Assembly (NCBI GenBank): GCA_016195985.1
Contig: JACPYP010000013.1
Span: 12,116 to 76,115, forward strand
Origin: Acidobacteriota bacterium
GTDB taxonomy: Bacteria > Acidobacteriota > Holophagae > Holophagales > Holophagaceae
DNA: 64,000 nt
Direction of reading: 5' to 3'
In this document: piece by piece, positions 28,439 to 38,379 of the stretch
How positions within the stretch are numbered: position 1 is the stretch's first letter
Layout: each line of letters starts with the position of its first letter
The notes under the pieces: model-generated
Databases searched by the model: none
What the model was told of the DNA's origin: nothing
What the model saw: the letters and a program-made list of their open reading frames with translations, nothing else
Made by a program: the position numbers and the translations under genes

Positions 28439-28890
28439 ACGATCCGATGGACTCTCTCCGGTCGGCCCATCGCAAGGCCTATGGGTTGGGTTTGGCCCTG
28501 TGCTTGGGAACTCCCACCTTTCTCGCGGTCCTGATGGCGGCCCGGGTGGTGCCCCCCGGCCCTCTGGCGCCCGAGGGCCTAGTCCAGCAGGTGGGTTACC
28601 TCTTCACGGGCCTGGTGTTCCTCTCGGGTGCCTGGGCCTGGGGCCGCCGGGGGCGGATGCTGCGCGGATTCAACGCCGTCGCCGAAGCCCAGCGGCCGGC
28701 CCTGGTCCTGAGGGAAAGCCTGCTCTTCGCCGCGGCCTTCGAGGCCAGTTCGGTTTGGGGTTTGATCTACTGGACGCTGGCGGGCGCCCAGGCGGGACGC
28801 CATGCTTGGGGCTTCCTGGCCCTGACGCCCATGCTCTTCCTGGCCCTGGCGCCCCGCTTCAGCCACTGGGCGAAAGGCTTGGAGGCCTGA
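28435..28890 (+). CDS. Small 4-TM hypothetical membrane protein
   Basis: GTGA overlap with scpA stop; four hydrophobic segments. Confidence 0.7.
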   Translation: MNDPMDSLRSAHRKAYGLGLALCLGTPTFLAVLMAARVVPPGPLAPEGLVQQVGYLFTGLVFLSGAWAWGRRGRMLRGFNAVAEAQRPALVLRESLLFAAAFEASSVWGLIYWTLAGAQAGRHAWGFLALTPMLFLALAPRFSHWAKGLEA

Positions 28891-28934
28891 AGCATCCAGG
28901 TATCCTGGGAGATCCCGTCCGCTGAGGAGGGTTC

Positions 28935-29573
28935 ATGCCCGAATCCGAGCCCCATGATCCGACCCAGCCCGGCCTCTCGCCGGACGCCACCGTGCGTCTG
29001 CCCATCGGGATACCAGAGGACCCCCGCGCCACCGTTCCCTTGAAGGTGGGCGACTACCTTTCGCTGGACAGCACCCAGAAGCTGCCCCTGGGCGTGCCCA
29101 AGCCAACCGCCGAACAGACCCAGAAAATCACACTGTCCGGGCCGGGCGAAGCTCCTCTCCGGACCCAGTGGGTGGCCGCCCCAACGGAAGCTGAAGGCCA
29201 GACCCAGTCCATCCCCGTGGCTCCCCGCGTCCGGAAGCCCCTCGGCTGGAAGCTTCCGGCGATCCTGGTGGGCATTGTGGCCCTGGCCGCCGCGGCCTCC
29301 TACGCGGTGCTGACCCAGGGGCCCGCGCCCCAGGCTTCACGCTCTGAATGGGCGGTGAGCCCGCCGGAGAAGATTCCCCCCGAGGTGCAGGTCTACCTGG
29401 ACCAGGCCAAGGCCGGCGACACCCATGCCATGCGCATGCTCGGCGCCATGTATCTTCAGGGGCTGAACGTGCCCAAGGACCGGGAGAAGGGCCTCTATTG
29501 GTACCGCAAAGCCGCCGAGAAAGGCAGTGACGCGGCGCGGACAGAGCTGAGGCAGATCGAGGGCAGGAACTGA
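28935..29573 (+). CDS. Single-pass membrane protein with C-terminal Sel1 repeat
   Basis: Pro/Thr-rich N-terminus, TM, AMRMLGAMYLQGLNVPKDREKGLYWYRKAAEKG. Confidence 0.85.
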   Translation: MPESEPHDPTQPGLSPDATVRLPIGIPEDPRATVPLKVGDYLSLDSTQKLPLGVPKPTAEQTQKITLSGPGEAPLRTQWVAAPTEAEGQTQSIPVAPRVRKPLGWKLPAILVGIVALAAAASYAVLTQGPAPQASRSEWAVSPPEKIPPEVQVYLDQAKAGDTHAMRMLGAMYLQGLNVPKDREKGLYWYRKAAEKGSDAARTELRQIEGRN

Positions 29574-31397
29574 CTACTCCCGCCCAGGGGAGCCGGGGGC
29601 CTGCCAGGCGAGAACCTTCCGGGAGGCCGCAGGCCCGATGGCCTGCGCCAGGTCGGCCTCGGCGGCTTCCCGCACCTTGGTGACGCTGCCGAAAGTCTGA
29701 AGCAGCTTCTTGGCGGTGGCGGGTCCGATGCCCGGAATCTGCGTGAGCTCCGTCTGTAGCGTGCGCTTGGCGCGCAGGGCGCGATGGTAGGTGATGGCGA
29801 AGCGGTGGGCTTCGTCCCGGATGCGCTGGAGCAGCTGCAACACCGGCGAGGATTTCGGGATCCGCAGCGGTTCGCTGGAGCCAGGCCGGAAGACCAGCTC
29901 CTCCTTCTTGGCCAGGCTGGCCAGCTCCAGGTGTTCCAGCCCCAGTTCTTTGAGCGCGGCTTCAGCCGCGTGCAACTGCCCCAGCCCCCCGTCGATGATC
30001 ACCAGATTGGGGAACTCCTGGCCCTCGTCTCGCATCCGCTTGTAGCGGCGGGTGACGGCTTCGAACATGTTGGCGAAATCGTCGTTCTGCTCATTGCTCA
30101 TCTTGAAGCGGCGATAGCGGGCCTTGTCGGGCGCGCCATCACTGAACACCACGCAGCTGGCCACCACCTCGCGGCCCTGGCCGTGGCTGATGTCGAAGCA
30201 TTCCAGACGGCGGGGCAGGTGGCTGAGGCCCAGGAAGGCCTGGAGGCCCTCCAGCACGGCCTCGTTGAGCCGCGCGGGTTCGAATTTGCGCTCCAGGGCC
30301 AGGCGGGCGTTTTCCTGGGCCATGGCCAGCAGGTCGACCTTTTCGCCCTTCTGGGGAACGTGGAGCCGGGCCTTGGACCCGCGCAGCTCTGAAAGCCACT
30401 GCAGGATCAAGTCGCTGTCCTCGGGTTCGACTTCGGCGAGGATCTTCGCGGGCACGGGATCGGCGCTGTAGACGCGCTGCAGCACCTGGGCCAGCACGGC
30501 GCCGTCGAAGGCTTCGATGTCTTCCAGCAGGTACTCCTGACGCCCCACCATGCGCCCTTCCCGAAGCATGAGGCGGTGCACGCAGGCCCGGCCGTCCAGC
30601 ACGGCGCTGCCGTAGACATCCGTGTCGTCCATATCCGCGCTGGCGGCCTTCTGGCGGGTGAACCAGGCATCCACCTGCTGGAGGGCGTCCCGGTGCTGGG
30701 CGGCCTGTTCATAGGCGGCAGCCTCGGCGGCCTTCCACATGGCCGCCTCCAGCCTGGCCTTCAGCTCGTCGCGCTTGCCCTCCAGGAACAGGCGCGCTTC
30801 CTTGGCCTGCTCCCGGTAGGCTTCCTGGCCCACGGCGGCGATGCAGGGGGCCGTGCAGCGGTGCAGCTGGTACTTCAGGCAGGCCCGGCCCCGCTTGCCG
30901 TCGATGTCGATGTCGCAGTCGCGGATCTGGAAGAACCGGTAGACCAGCTCGGCGGTACGGTAGGCGGTGCTGGCCGGGAAGAAGGGGCCGAAATAGAGGC
31001 TGCCATCCTTGCGCACCTTGCGGGTGACGTAGACCTTGGGGAAAGCCTCCTTCCAGGTGAGCTTCACGTAGGGATAGCTCTTGTCGTCCTTCAGCAGGAT
31101 GTTGAAGGGCGGCCAGTGCTCCTTGATGAGGTTGTTCTCAAGGATGAGTGCTTCCAGTTCCGTTTCGCAAACGATGAGCTCGATGTCCCAGATGCGGGCC
31201 ACCAGGCGGCGGGTCTTGGCGTCCAGGCGTTTCTGCTGGAAGTAGGATTTCACGCGGTTGCGCAGCACCTTGGCCTTGCCCACGTAGAGCAGGTTGCCGC
31301 CCTCGTCCCGGTACAGGTAGCAGCCTGGCCGCAGGGGCAGGTCTCCCAGCTTGCGCAGGAGGAAGGGGGACTTGTCGAGGTTAGTGCGGATGGCCAC
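29574..31397 (-). CDS. uvrC: Excinuclease ABC subunit C
   Basis: GIY-YIG (PGCY, YVGKAK), NILLKDDKSYPY, ECFDISH, IDGGLGQL, RDEAHRFA, HhH. Confidence 0.98.
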   Translation of the reverse strand: MAIRTNLDKSPFLLRKLGDLPLRPGCYLYRDEGGNLLYVGKAKVLRNRVKSYFQQKRLDAKTRRLVARIWDIELIVCETELEALILENNLIKEHWPPFNILLKDDKSYPYVKLTWKEAFPKVYVTRKVRKDGSLYFGPFFPASTAYRTAELVYRFFQIRDCDIDIDGKRGRACLKYQLHRCTAPCIAAVGQEAYREQAKEARLFLEGKRDELKARLEAAMWKAAEAAAYEQAAQHRDALQQVDAWFTRQKAASADMDDTDVYGSAVLDGRACVHRLMLREGRMVGRQEYLLEDIEAFDGAVLAQVLQRVYSADPVPAKILAEVEPEDSDLILQWLSELRGSKARLHVPQKGEKVDLLAMAQENARLALERKFEPARLNEAVLEGLQAFLGLSHLPRRLECFDISHGQGREVVASCVVFSDGAPDKARYRRFKMSNEQNDDFANMFEAVTRRYKRMRDEGQEFPNLVIIDGGLGQLHAAEAALKELGLEHLELASLAKKEELVFRPGSSEPLRIPKSSPVLQLLQRIRDEAHRFAITYHRALRAKRTLQTELTQIPGIGPATAKKLLQTFGSVTKVREAAEADLAQAIGPAASRKVLAWQAPGSPGRE

Positions 31398-31452
31398 GTT
31401 GCTCCGGTCAGGCCTTGGACGGCGGTGAGAGCTGATTCAAGCGACGCATGAG

Positions 31453-32715
31453 CTAAGATTCTTCCGGACGGAGGCGGAAGCCCGCCACGGGTGCATGAGT
31501 GCCGTGTCCTGGCGGGAGGGCGGCGTCATGGCCATCCCGAAGCTGGGCGTAGTGGGGACTGAGAATTTCCACGCCCGCTTCGGCGAAGGCGTCCTGGATG
31601 TGACGGTGCAGCTCGGAGTAGAGCCAGGGGAGGCGCTCCGGATGGCGCGTGGCGACGTTGAGTTCGTAGGTGATGTAGAAATCGTTCAGGGCGGTCTGGA
31701 GCACGAAGGGAGCGGGTGCCTTCTCCACCAGTTCGGCGCGGCCGGCCGCTTCCAGCAACAGGCCGTGGACCTGCCGCCAAGGGGTGCCATAGCCGATGCT
31801 CACCGTGGTATGCAGCAGCAGGCCCCCGTTGCCGATGCGGGCGCTGTAGTTCTGGATGGGGCCGCCGAGCACTGTTGCGTTGCTGAGGACGATCTCTTCC
31901 TGCTTGAAGGTGAGGAGGCGCGTGATGACCAGGGTGTGTTCCACCACGGTACCGGTGTGTTCTCCCAGTTTCACCACGTCGCCCGTGCGGTAGGCGCGCA
32001 TGTAGGTGAGCACCCCGCCCGAGATGAAATTGCCGATGGTGCCGCTGGAGCCCAGCGAGACCAGCACGCCGACGAAGAGCGAGACCGCCTTGAAGGCCTC
32101 GGAACCTGATCCGGGCAGGTAGGGCACGGCCAGCACCAGGGCGAAGGCCAGCACCCCCAGGCGCACCAGCGTGTACGTGGGTTTGGCCCATTCGGCATCA
32201 AAGCCCTCCGCCCGGGTTTCACCTCGGCCCAGGGTTTCGAAGAGGGGTTTGAGGAGGCCGAGGAGCATGCGGGTGCCCAGCACGATGAGGACCAGGACCA
32301 GGCCCCGGGGCAGGTAGTCGAGCAGGGCCCAGGCAAACCGGCCCAGAGGCTCTTTGAGGCTGACCAGCAGGCGCCCGGCCAGACCCTGGGTGGTCGTGAA
32401 GAGGCCGAAGGCCAGGGATAGCAGGATGTAGGCGAGGATCAGGGATACCAGGGCCAGGAACCACTTCGCCACCCGATGGAGCAAGGCGCCCAGCCGCTCG
32501 GCGGGCAGCACTTCCAGACCACCCAGGCGGAGTGTGGGAAGGTGGGCCTTCCAGTCGCCCTGGAGCCGGGCCTGGAGCGCCTTGCCGCTGCGCCGGAGAC
32601 GGTCCAGGAGGAAGCCCCCCACCAGGAGGACGAGCCCCAGGACGAGCAGGCGATGGAGCAAAGGAGCGCTCTCGGGAAGCAGGGCCCAAGCACGGAGGGC
32701 GGGGGTCGGAGTCAT
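31453..32715 (-). CDS. Small-conductance mechanosensitive channel (MscS family)
   Basis: Multiple TM, GNFISG, YRTGDVVKLG, GVEILSPHY. Confidence 0.92.
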   Translation of the reverse strand: MTPTPALRAWALLPESAPLLHRLLVLGLVLLVGGFLLDRLRRSGKALQARLQGDWKAHLPTLRLGGLEVLPAERLGALLHRVAKWFLALVSLILAYILLSLAFGLFTTTQGLAGRLLVSLKEPLGRFAWALLDYLPRGLVLVLIVLGTRMLLGLLKPLFETLGRGETRAEGFDAEWAKPTYTLVRLGVLAFALVLAVPYLPGSGSEAFKAVSLFVGVLVSLGSSGTIGNFISGGVLTYMRAYRTGDVVKLGEHTGTVVEHTLVITRLLTFKQEEIVLSNATVLGGPIQNYSARIGNGGLLLHTTVSIGYGTPWRQVHGLLLEAAGRAELVEKAPAPFVLQTALNDFYITYELNVATRHPERLPWLYSELHRHIQDAFAEAGVEILSPHYAQLRDGHDAALPPGHGTHAPVAGFRLRPEES

Positions 32716-32801
32716 GGGCTCACTTTAGATGCCCCGAGGGGCAAAGGGAATGGTCCGAGCCGTTTCTCCCCCATCGGCGTTGAATTTGAGACACTGGAAC
32801 C

Positions 32802-33425
32802 ATGCTGAATCTGGAAACCTTCCCCGTGGGGCCCCTGGGCTGCAACTGTTCCCTGCTGTGGGATGCGGACACCGGCCAGGGCGTGGTGGTGGATCCCGGA
32901 GGCGACGGCGCGAAGATCCGCCAGCGGGTGGAGAAGCTGGGCTTCAAGGTCACGGCCCTCCTGCACACCCACGCCCATTTCGACCATGTGGGGGCCACCC
33001 GCGAGCTGCAGGATCTGTGGCAGTGTCCGGCCCACCTGCACGGCGACGACGGCTTCCTCATCGAGGCGCTGCCCCAGCAGACCGGCATGTTCGGCATGCC
33101 TGCCATTCCCCAGCCGGACATGGCCGCGCTGAACGCTGGCGACCGGCACCTGGACCTCACCACGCTGCACACGCCGGGCCATACGCCGGGTTCCTGCTGC
33201 TTCCATGGCGCCTTCGCCAAGGGACAGGTGCTTTTGGCGGGCGACACGCTCTTCCGCGGCGGCGTGGGGCGCACGGACCTTTGGGGCGGCAGCTGGGATC
33301 TGCTGGAGCAGAGCATCCGCCGGGAACTCTACACGCTGAATGGCGCCACCCTGGTCATCCCCGGGCACGGGCCGGCCACCACCATCGCCGATGAGGCCCA
33401 GGGAAATCCCTTCGTCCACCTTTGA
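32802..33425 (+). CDS. MBL-fold metallo-hydrolase (glyoxalase II-like)
   Basis: THAHFDHVG, HTPGHTPG, GDTLF, PGHG. Confidence 0.93.
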   Translation: MLNLETFPVGPLGCNCSLLWDADTGQGVVVDPGGDGAKIRQRVEKLGFKVTALLHTHAHFDHVGATRELQDLWQCPAHLHGDDGFLIEALPQQTGMFGMPAIPQPDMAALNAGDRHLDLTTLHTPGHTPGSCCFHGAFAKGQVLLAGDTLFRGGVGRTDLWGGSWDLLEQSIRRELYTLNGATLVIPGHGPATTIADEAQGNPFVHL

Positions 33426-33470
33426 GGCCGGAAGCGTAGACTGGGGCCGACTCTTACCTGGAGGTCCTCC

Positions 33471-34241
33471 ATGGACGCCCTGCTCACACCCTTCGGCTGT
33501 CTTGGCCCCATTGCCTTGTTCTTCGTCGTCTACCTGTTCTCCTGCCTCAAGGTGGTGAACGAGTACGAACGGCTGGTGATCTTCACCCTGGGCAAGGTGG
33601 ACGAGCATCCCAAGGGCCCAGGCCTCTGCTTCGTGTGGCGCCCCTTCCAGACCGCCGTCACCGTGAGCCTGCGCACCACGGTGCTCGAGGTGCCCAGCCA
33701 GGATGTGATCACCCGCGACAACGTGAGCCTGAAGGTGAGCGCCGTGGTCTACTCCCGGGTGCTGGATCCCAAGCAGGCCATCATCGGCGTGGAGAACTAC
33801 TACTACGCCACCAGCCAGATCGCGCAAACCACCCTGCGCTCCATCCTGGGCGAAGTGAGCCTCGACGAACTGCTGGCGGACCGCGAAAAACTGAGCGCCC
33901 GCCTGCGGGAGATCATCGACCGCTCCACCGAACCCTGGGGCGTGGAAGTGAGCAGTGTGGAACTGAAGAGCGTGGACCTGCCCGAGCAGATCCAGCGCGC
34001 CATGGGCAAGCAGGCCGAGGCCGAGCGCGAAAAGCGCGCGAAGATCATCGCCGCCGAGGGCGAACTGATGGCCTCCCAGCAGCTGCTGGAAGCCGCCAAC
34101 AAGATCAGCCAGAACCCCACGGCCATCCAGATGCGCTACCTGCAAACCCTCACGGAAATCGCCGTGGAGAAGAACAGCACCATCGTCTTCCCGCTGCCCA
34201 TGGAGCTCATGAAGGCCCTGGAGAAGATCAGCGAGCGCTAG
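33471..34241 (+). CDS. SPFH/stomatin-like (slipin) protein
   Basis: QDVITRDNV, AQTTLRSILG, QAEAEREKRAKII, RYLQTL. Confidence 0.95.
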   Translation: MDALLTPFGCLGPIALFFVVYLFSCLKVVNEYERLVIFTLGKVDEHPKGPGLCFVWRPFQTAVTVSLRTTVLEVPSQDVITRDNVSLKVSAVVYSRVLDPKQAIIGVENYYYATSQIAQTTLRSILGEVSLDELLADREKLSARLREIIDRSTEPWGVEVSSVELKSVDLPEQIQRAMGKQAEAEREKRAKIIAAEGELMASQQLLEAANKISQNPTAIQMRYLQTLTEIAVEKNSTIVFPLPMELMKALEKISER

Positions 34242-36195
34242 GTTTCCATCGCCGCCACGCCGCGGCCTCCGCTTTGGCCAAGGCGGGGGCCGCGTCGGCT
34301 CCGGAACCATAGGCCAGGGCGTCCGTGGCATCAGCGAGGGTTTGGAGGGCCTCCCGCCGCTCGGGGCGGAGTCCGCCCAGGCGTTGGAGCCAGGCGCGGG
34401 CTGTTTCGCCCTGGAGGGGCGGCGCGCTCCGGCAGGTGGCCGCCAGCAGGGGCCGCAGGGCGCGGATGAGCCCTGGGCCCGTGGGTGCGGGCTGCCACCG
34501 CGCCCGGGTACGCCAGACCAGGTAGGCAGACACGATGGCGCCGAGTCCCCACAGGACACCGGGGCGGGGCGCCTTCCAGTGCCACTCCCAGTCTTGAACC
34601 TGGTTCTGGAGCCAGGAGAGGCCAGCCTGCTGATCCTGGTCCGAGAATCGCACCACGTAACGGTCCCAGCGGTACCTGACCGCGTCGGCCCAGCGCTCGA
34701 CGAGGTTCAGACCGCCCAGCCGCGAAGCCTCTGGCCCCGTGCCCAGCGGAGTGGGATCTGCCGTCCACCAGCGTCCCTCATCCCAGTACTCCACCCAGCT
34801 GTGGGCCTCGTTCTGGCTCACCCGGAAATAGCCGCCTTCGGGGACCCAGGGGCCCAGCCGGTAGCCGTTCACCACCCGCGAAGGCACGCCCCGGGCGCGG
34901 AGCATGAGGGCCAGGCTGGAGGCGAAGTATTCGCAGTGGCCAGCCCGGGTGTGTTCGAGGAAATCCTGCAGCGGATTGGGCGCCTTGCCGGAGGGATTGT
35001 CCAGCGTGTAGGTGAACCCCCGCAGGTTTTTTTCGAGGGCGGCGGCAAGCTGCCTGGGCGGCGGGGCGCCCGGGGCCCATTGCTGGCTGGCGCGGCGGGC
35101 GGCCTCGTGCTCGGGCCCCAATTGGGTGAGGAGGTCCCAACGGCGAGGCGACAACCGGGATTCGCGCGGTTCTCCCAGGCCGGGGTTCCAACTGGCCGTG
35201 ACGGGTTGGGTGCGCGCCCGGACCGAGCGCCAGCGGATGCTTCCGCCGCTCCCCGTGGTCAGGTAGGGATCCCAAGGATCCAGCTGGGTAAGGCCTGACG
35301 GCAACGCCAACAGGCCTTGGGGGTTCGGAGCGAAGAGGAATTCGGCTTTCCGGTTCCCTCTGGCCGAGCCCAGGGCATCGAAGGTGGTCGAGCGGTATTC
35401 GGAGGGCTCCCACCGGAAACCCCGCACGGTTTCCAGCGTGATGCCCCGGAGCAGGCCAAGGCCCTTGCTCCAGCTGGGTTCCAGGGTTGGGTCCACACCA
35501 GGGGGTGGGGTGATTCGGAGGGCCACCTCAGGGTTGGGGACGATGGGCCCGTCAATCGACAGGTCAAGGCGGTCCCCCAGGCCCGCCTTTCCGAAGGATT
35601 GGGACGCGCCGAGGAGGAAGCGGGGCCTCAGGCCGAGGCTCAGGCGCGGCATGATGACAAACGAGCCGCCGGCCAGCAGCAGGGCGCCACCTATCCAGAG
35701 GGGCACCCGGCGGTAGGGGGGGCGCGAGAGGGCTCCCCGCCGCAGAGCCGCAGAGGGTTCCCAGCTTTGCTGCAACAGGGCCGCAGCGGCGGCGCAAAAC
35801 CATGCCAGGGCCCACAGGAGGAAGGTCACGTCGCTGGGGCCCATGGCCGTGGTCAGGAACAGCACGAATCCGATCAGAACCACTTGACGGCGCTGGGCGG
35901 CCTCCCGGGGCAGGGCGAGGCGGATGGCGCCCAGCATGTACAAGGTGTGGATGGCCACCATGAAGGGGCCGCGGCCCCAGGCCAGATGGGCCAGGAAGTA
36001 GAACAGGGCGCCCAGTTCCAGCCAGCGGTGGCGGGAGCCGAGATCCCAGCGGAAGGCCCCGACCACGGCCGCCGCCAGGAGCGGCAGGGCCATGAGCTCC
36101 AATTCGACCGGTTCGTAAACACCTGCGGAAACGGTGGCGCCAAGGGCGGCCCAAAGGGGCATGTGGTCGATCCAGCGGCCCCACCTCACGGCCAC
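34228..36195 (-). CDS. TgpA-like transglutaminase-domain membrane protein (DUF3488)
   Basis: N-terminal TMs; GHCEYFAS, AHSWVE, DPTP catalytic triad. Confidence 0.9.
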   Translation of the reverse strand: MAVRWGRWIDHMPLWAALGATVSAGVYEPVELELMALPLLAAAVVGAFRWDLGSRHRWLELGALFYFLAHLAWGRGPFMVAIHTLYMLGAIRLALPREAAQRRQVVLIGFVLFLTTAMGPSDVTFLLWALAWFCAAAAALLQQSWEPSAALRRGALSRPPYRRVPLWIGGALLLAGGSFVIMPRLSLGLRPRFLLGASQSFGKAGLGDRLDLSIDGPIVPNPEVALRITPPPGVDPTLEPSWSKGLGLLRGITLETVRGFRWEPSEYRSTTFDALGSARGNRKAEFLFAPNPQGLLALPSGLTQLDPWDPYLTTGSGGSIRWRSVRARTQPVTASWNPGLGEPRESRLSPRRWDLLTQLGPEHEAARRASQQWAPGAPPPRQLAAALEKNLRGFTYTLDNPSGKAPNPLQDFLEHTRAGHCEYFASSLALMLRARGVPSRVVNGYRLGPWVPEGGYFRVSQNEAHSWVEYWDEGRWWTADPTPLGTGPEASRLGGLNLVERWADAVRYRWDRYVVRFSDQDQQAGLSWLQNQVQDWEWHWKAPRPGVLWGLGAIVSAYLVWRTRARWQPAPTGPGLIRALRPLLAATCRSAPPLQGETARAWLQRLGGLRPERREALQTLADATDALAYGSGADAAPALAKAEAAAWRRWKPSAR

Positions 36196-37307
36196 ACCCA
36201 GCTCCCCAGCACGGCAGGCCTTGAGGCACCGGTGACTTCTGGCAGATTGCCGGGAATGCCCAGGGCGCTGGCGGCGCCCAGCAGGGCCCAGCTCACGGCC
36301 TCCCGGGCGCCGGAGGGGAAGGCGGCATCATCCTCCAGCCGCAGCGGGAGGCGCTGCGCCAATTCCTGGCGCAGCCTTTGGTGCCGGGCGCCGCCGCCGC
36401 TCACCACCCCACGCAGGTTCGGAGGACAGGGCTGGAGGCGGTCCATTTCCTGCGCCACGGAGGCGGCCGTGAACGCGGCTAGGGTGGCCAGGCGATCGGG
36501 CAGGGCCAGGGCTTCCAGCGCCTCGGCTTCCCCGGCCAGCCAGGCCTCGCCGAATGCTTCGCGGCCCGTGGATTTGGGCGGTAGAAGCTGGAAGTAGGGA
36601 TGGCGGAGCCAGCGATCGAGCAGGGCCCGGGCCACCTGGCCGGTGGCGGCGGCTCCTTCCGGATCGAAGGGCGAGCCCAGCCATCGCCGGGCCGCCAGAT
36701 CCAGCAGAGACATGGCCGGACCTGTGTCCCAGGCCCGGGTGCGCTGTCCATCCCAGAAGGTCAGATTAGCGATGCCGCCCAGGTTCAAGGCCAACCAGGG
36801 CGGCGCGCCATGGAGCCAGCGCTCCGGCAGAGGCACCAGGGGCGCCCCCTGGCCGCCCAGGGCCAGGTCGCGGCGTCGCAGATCCCAAACCACCGGGCAA
36901 CCCAGGCGTTCGGCCAGCACGTAGGGATCCGCCAGTTGGAGGCTGGCGCCCTCGGCGGGATGGTGCTGCACCGTCTGGCCATGGAGGCTGGCCAGATCCG
37001 GGCGGAGAGAGAGGCGCTCGCAAAGGTGGCCGGCGGCTTGGGCGTGGTGGTCGCCCAGCCTCCGCTGAAGGATGCAGAGATCGGCGGGAGGCAGCTGGTT
37101 GGAGGCCGCGGCCAGCACCGGATCCCGGAGGGAGATGGGGTAGGCCAGAGAATGGTGCCCCAAGAGGCCAAGGAAGGGGGATCCACCCCCAAAACCGGCG
37201 GGAGCCACTTCGATGAGGACTGCGTCCACGCCATCGGCGCTGGTGCCCGACATCAGGCCCAGCACGCGCCAGGGCCGGTCTCCCGGAAGCGGAAAGCGTG
37301 GCTGCAT
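36186..37307 (-). CDS. anmK: Anhydro-N-acetylmuramic acid kinase
   Basis: GLMSGTSADGVD, HGQTV, GGQGAPLVP, NLGGIAN, PKSTGRE; start reassigned to ATG 37307. Confidence 0.95.
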   Translation of the reverse strand: MQPRFPLPGDRPWRVLGLMSGTSADGVDAVLIEVAPAGFGGGSPFLGLLGHHSLAYPISLRDPVLAAASNQLPPADLCILQRRLGDHHAQAAGHLCERLSLRPDLASLHGQTVQHHPAEGASLQLADPYVLAERLGCPVVWDLRRRDLALGGQGAPLVPLPERWLHGAPPWLALNLGGIANLTFWDGQRTRAWDTGPAMSLLDLAARRWLGSPFDPEGAAATGQVARALLDRWLRHPYFQLLPPKSTGREAFGEAWLAGEAEALEALALPDRLATLAAFTAASVAQEMDRLQPCPPNLRGVVSGGGARHQRLRQELAQRLPLRLEDDAAFPSGAREAVSWALLGAASALGIPGNLPEVTGASRPAVLGSWVWP

Positions 37308-37484
37308 GCTGCTGATGATGCCAGCAAGTGCCGTGGAACGCCGAGGCCGGGATGGGCGGCTGTTCGGAACATGCTCTTTCGGGATCCAGAAGGAAGTTCC
37401 TGCTACGCTTCCCCTCGCATGCACCGTAGCCCTTGCGTGGCACTTTCCACGCCGAGCGGCGCGGAACTTCCATAGGTTCCCCCC

Positions 37485-38069
37485 ATGACCATGCTTCTCA
37501 TCCTCCTCATCATCGGCGCCGGGCTTTACATGGTGCTCCGGGGCAAGCAGGACCGCCCCGAGCAGCTGGGCGCCTCCCGCCGGGCTCTGCCCACGGGGCC
37601 ATTGGAACCCCACACCTTTCCCTGTCCCTACCCCAAGTGCCCCACCTGCGGCGCCTCCGGCGACAAGATGAAACAGGACTGGGACGGCCAGCGCTCCGTG
37701 AAATGGACCTGCGGCTACTGCGGAGCCCTGGCCGGTGTGCAGTCTCTCAAAGATGAGGAGTTGCCTCCTTCAGCCCGGCGCCAGCTGGGTTTGGATGGCG
37801 GTTCGATGCAGGGATCGATGCCCATGCAGCAGGGTGGTTATGGCCAACCCGGCGGCGGCATGGGCGGTCTGCTGACAGGCATGATGATCGGCAGCATGAT
37901 GGGCGGCGGAAGCCACCATCACCATGATCATTCGGACAGCGATGGCTGGGGCGGGGGGTCGAGCGACAGCTCTTCCAGCGATTGGGGCGAATCTAATTCC
38001 GGCGACTGGGGTGATTCCGGCGGCGGCGGCGATTGGGGTGGCGGCGATTCGGGCGGGGGCGACTGGTAG
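37485..38069 (+). CDS. Membrane-anchored zinc-ribbon protein with Gly/Asp/Ser/Trp-rich tail
   Basis: N-terminal TM, CPYPKCPTC...CGYC, His run, repeated DWG. Confidence 0.75.
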   Translation: MTMLLILLIIGAGLYMVLRGKQDRPEQLGASRRALPTGPLEPHTFPCPYPKCPTCGASGDKMKQDWDGQRSVKWTCGYCGALAGVQSLKDEELPPSARRQLGLDGGSMQGSMPMQQGGYGQPGGGMGGLLTGMMIGSMMGGGSHHHHDHSDSDGWGGGSSDSSSSDWGESNSGDWGDSGGGGDWGGGDSGGGDW

Positions 38070-38093
38070 ATCCCGCCTGTCCTGAACCGGGCC

Positions 38094-38378
38094 CTACAGA
38101 ACTTTCGGCACCACGAAGTAGCCGCGATCCTGGGCCGGGGCATTGGCCAGGGCCTGGGCCTGGGTGAAACTGTCCCTGGGAATATCCTCCCGGCGGGGTA
38201 GGGGACGGCCCAGGCCCGCCAGCATCGGTTCCACCTGGTCCAAAGAAAGCTCATCGAGGCTGGCCGCGTGGGTGAGCATGCGCTCCATGGCCAGGCGCAT
38301 GGGCTCGATCTCTTCCTCATGGAGGCTCAGCTGGGTGAGCGCGGCACAGCGCAAGACATCGGCTCGGGTCACTTCCAT
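38094..38378 (-). CDS. gatC: Asp/Glu-tRNA amidotransferase subunit C
   Basis: RED...ALANAP...GYFVVPKV. Confidence 0.88.
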   Translation of the reverse strand: MEVTRADVLRCAALTQLSLHEEEIEPMRLAMERMLTHAASLDELSLDQVEPMLAGLGRPLPRREDIPRDSFTQAQALANAPAQDRGYFVVPKVL

Positions 38379-38379
38379 G

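Noticed and set aside
37438..37453. sigma54-like TGGCAC-N-GC upstream of ORF 37485
   Set aside because: Poor -12 element (ACGC); TAGGTT-N6-ATG explains the promoter more simply
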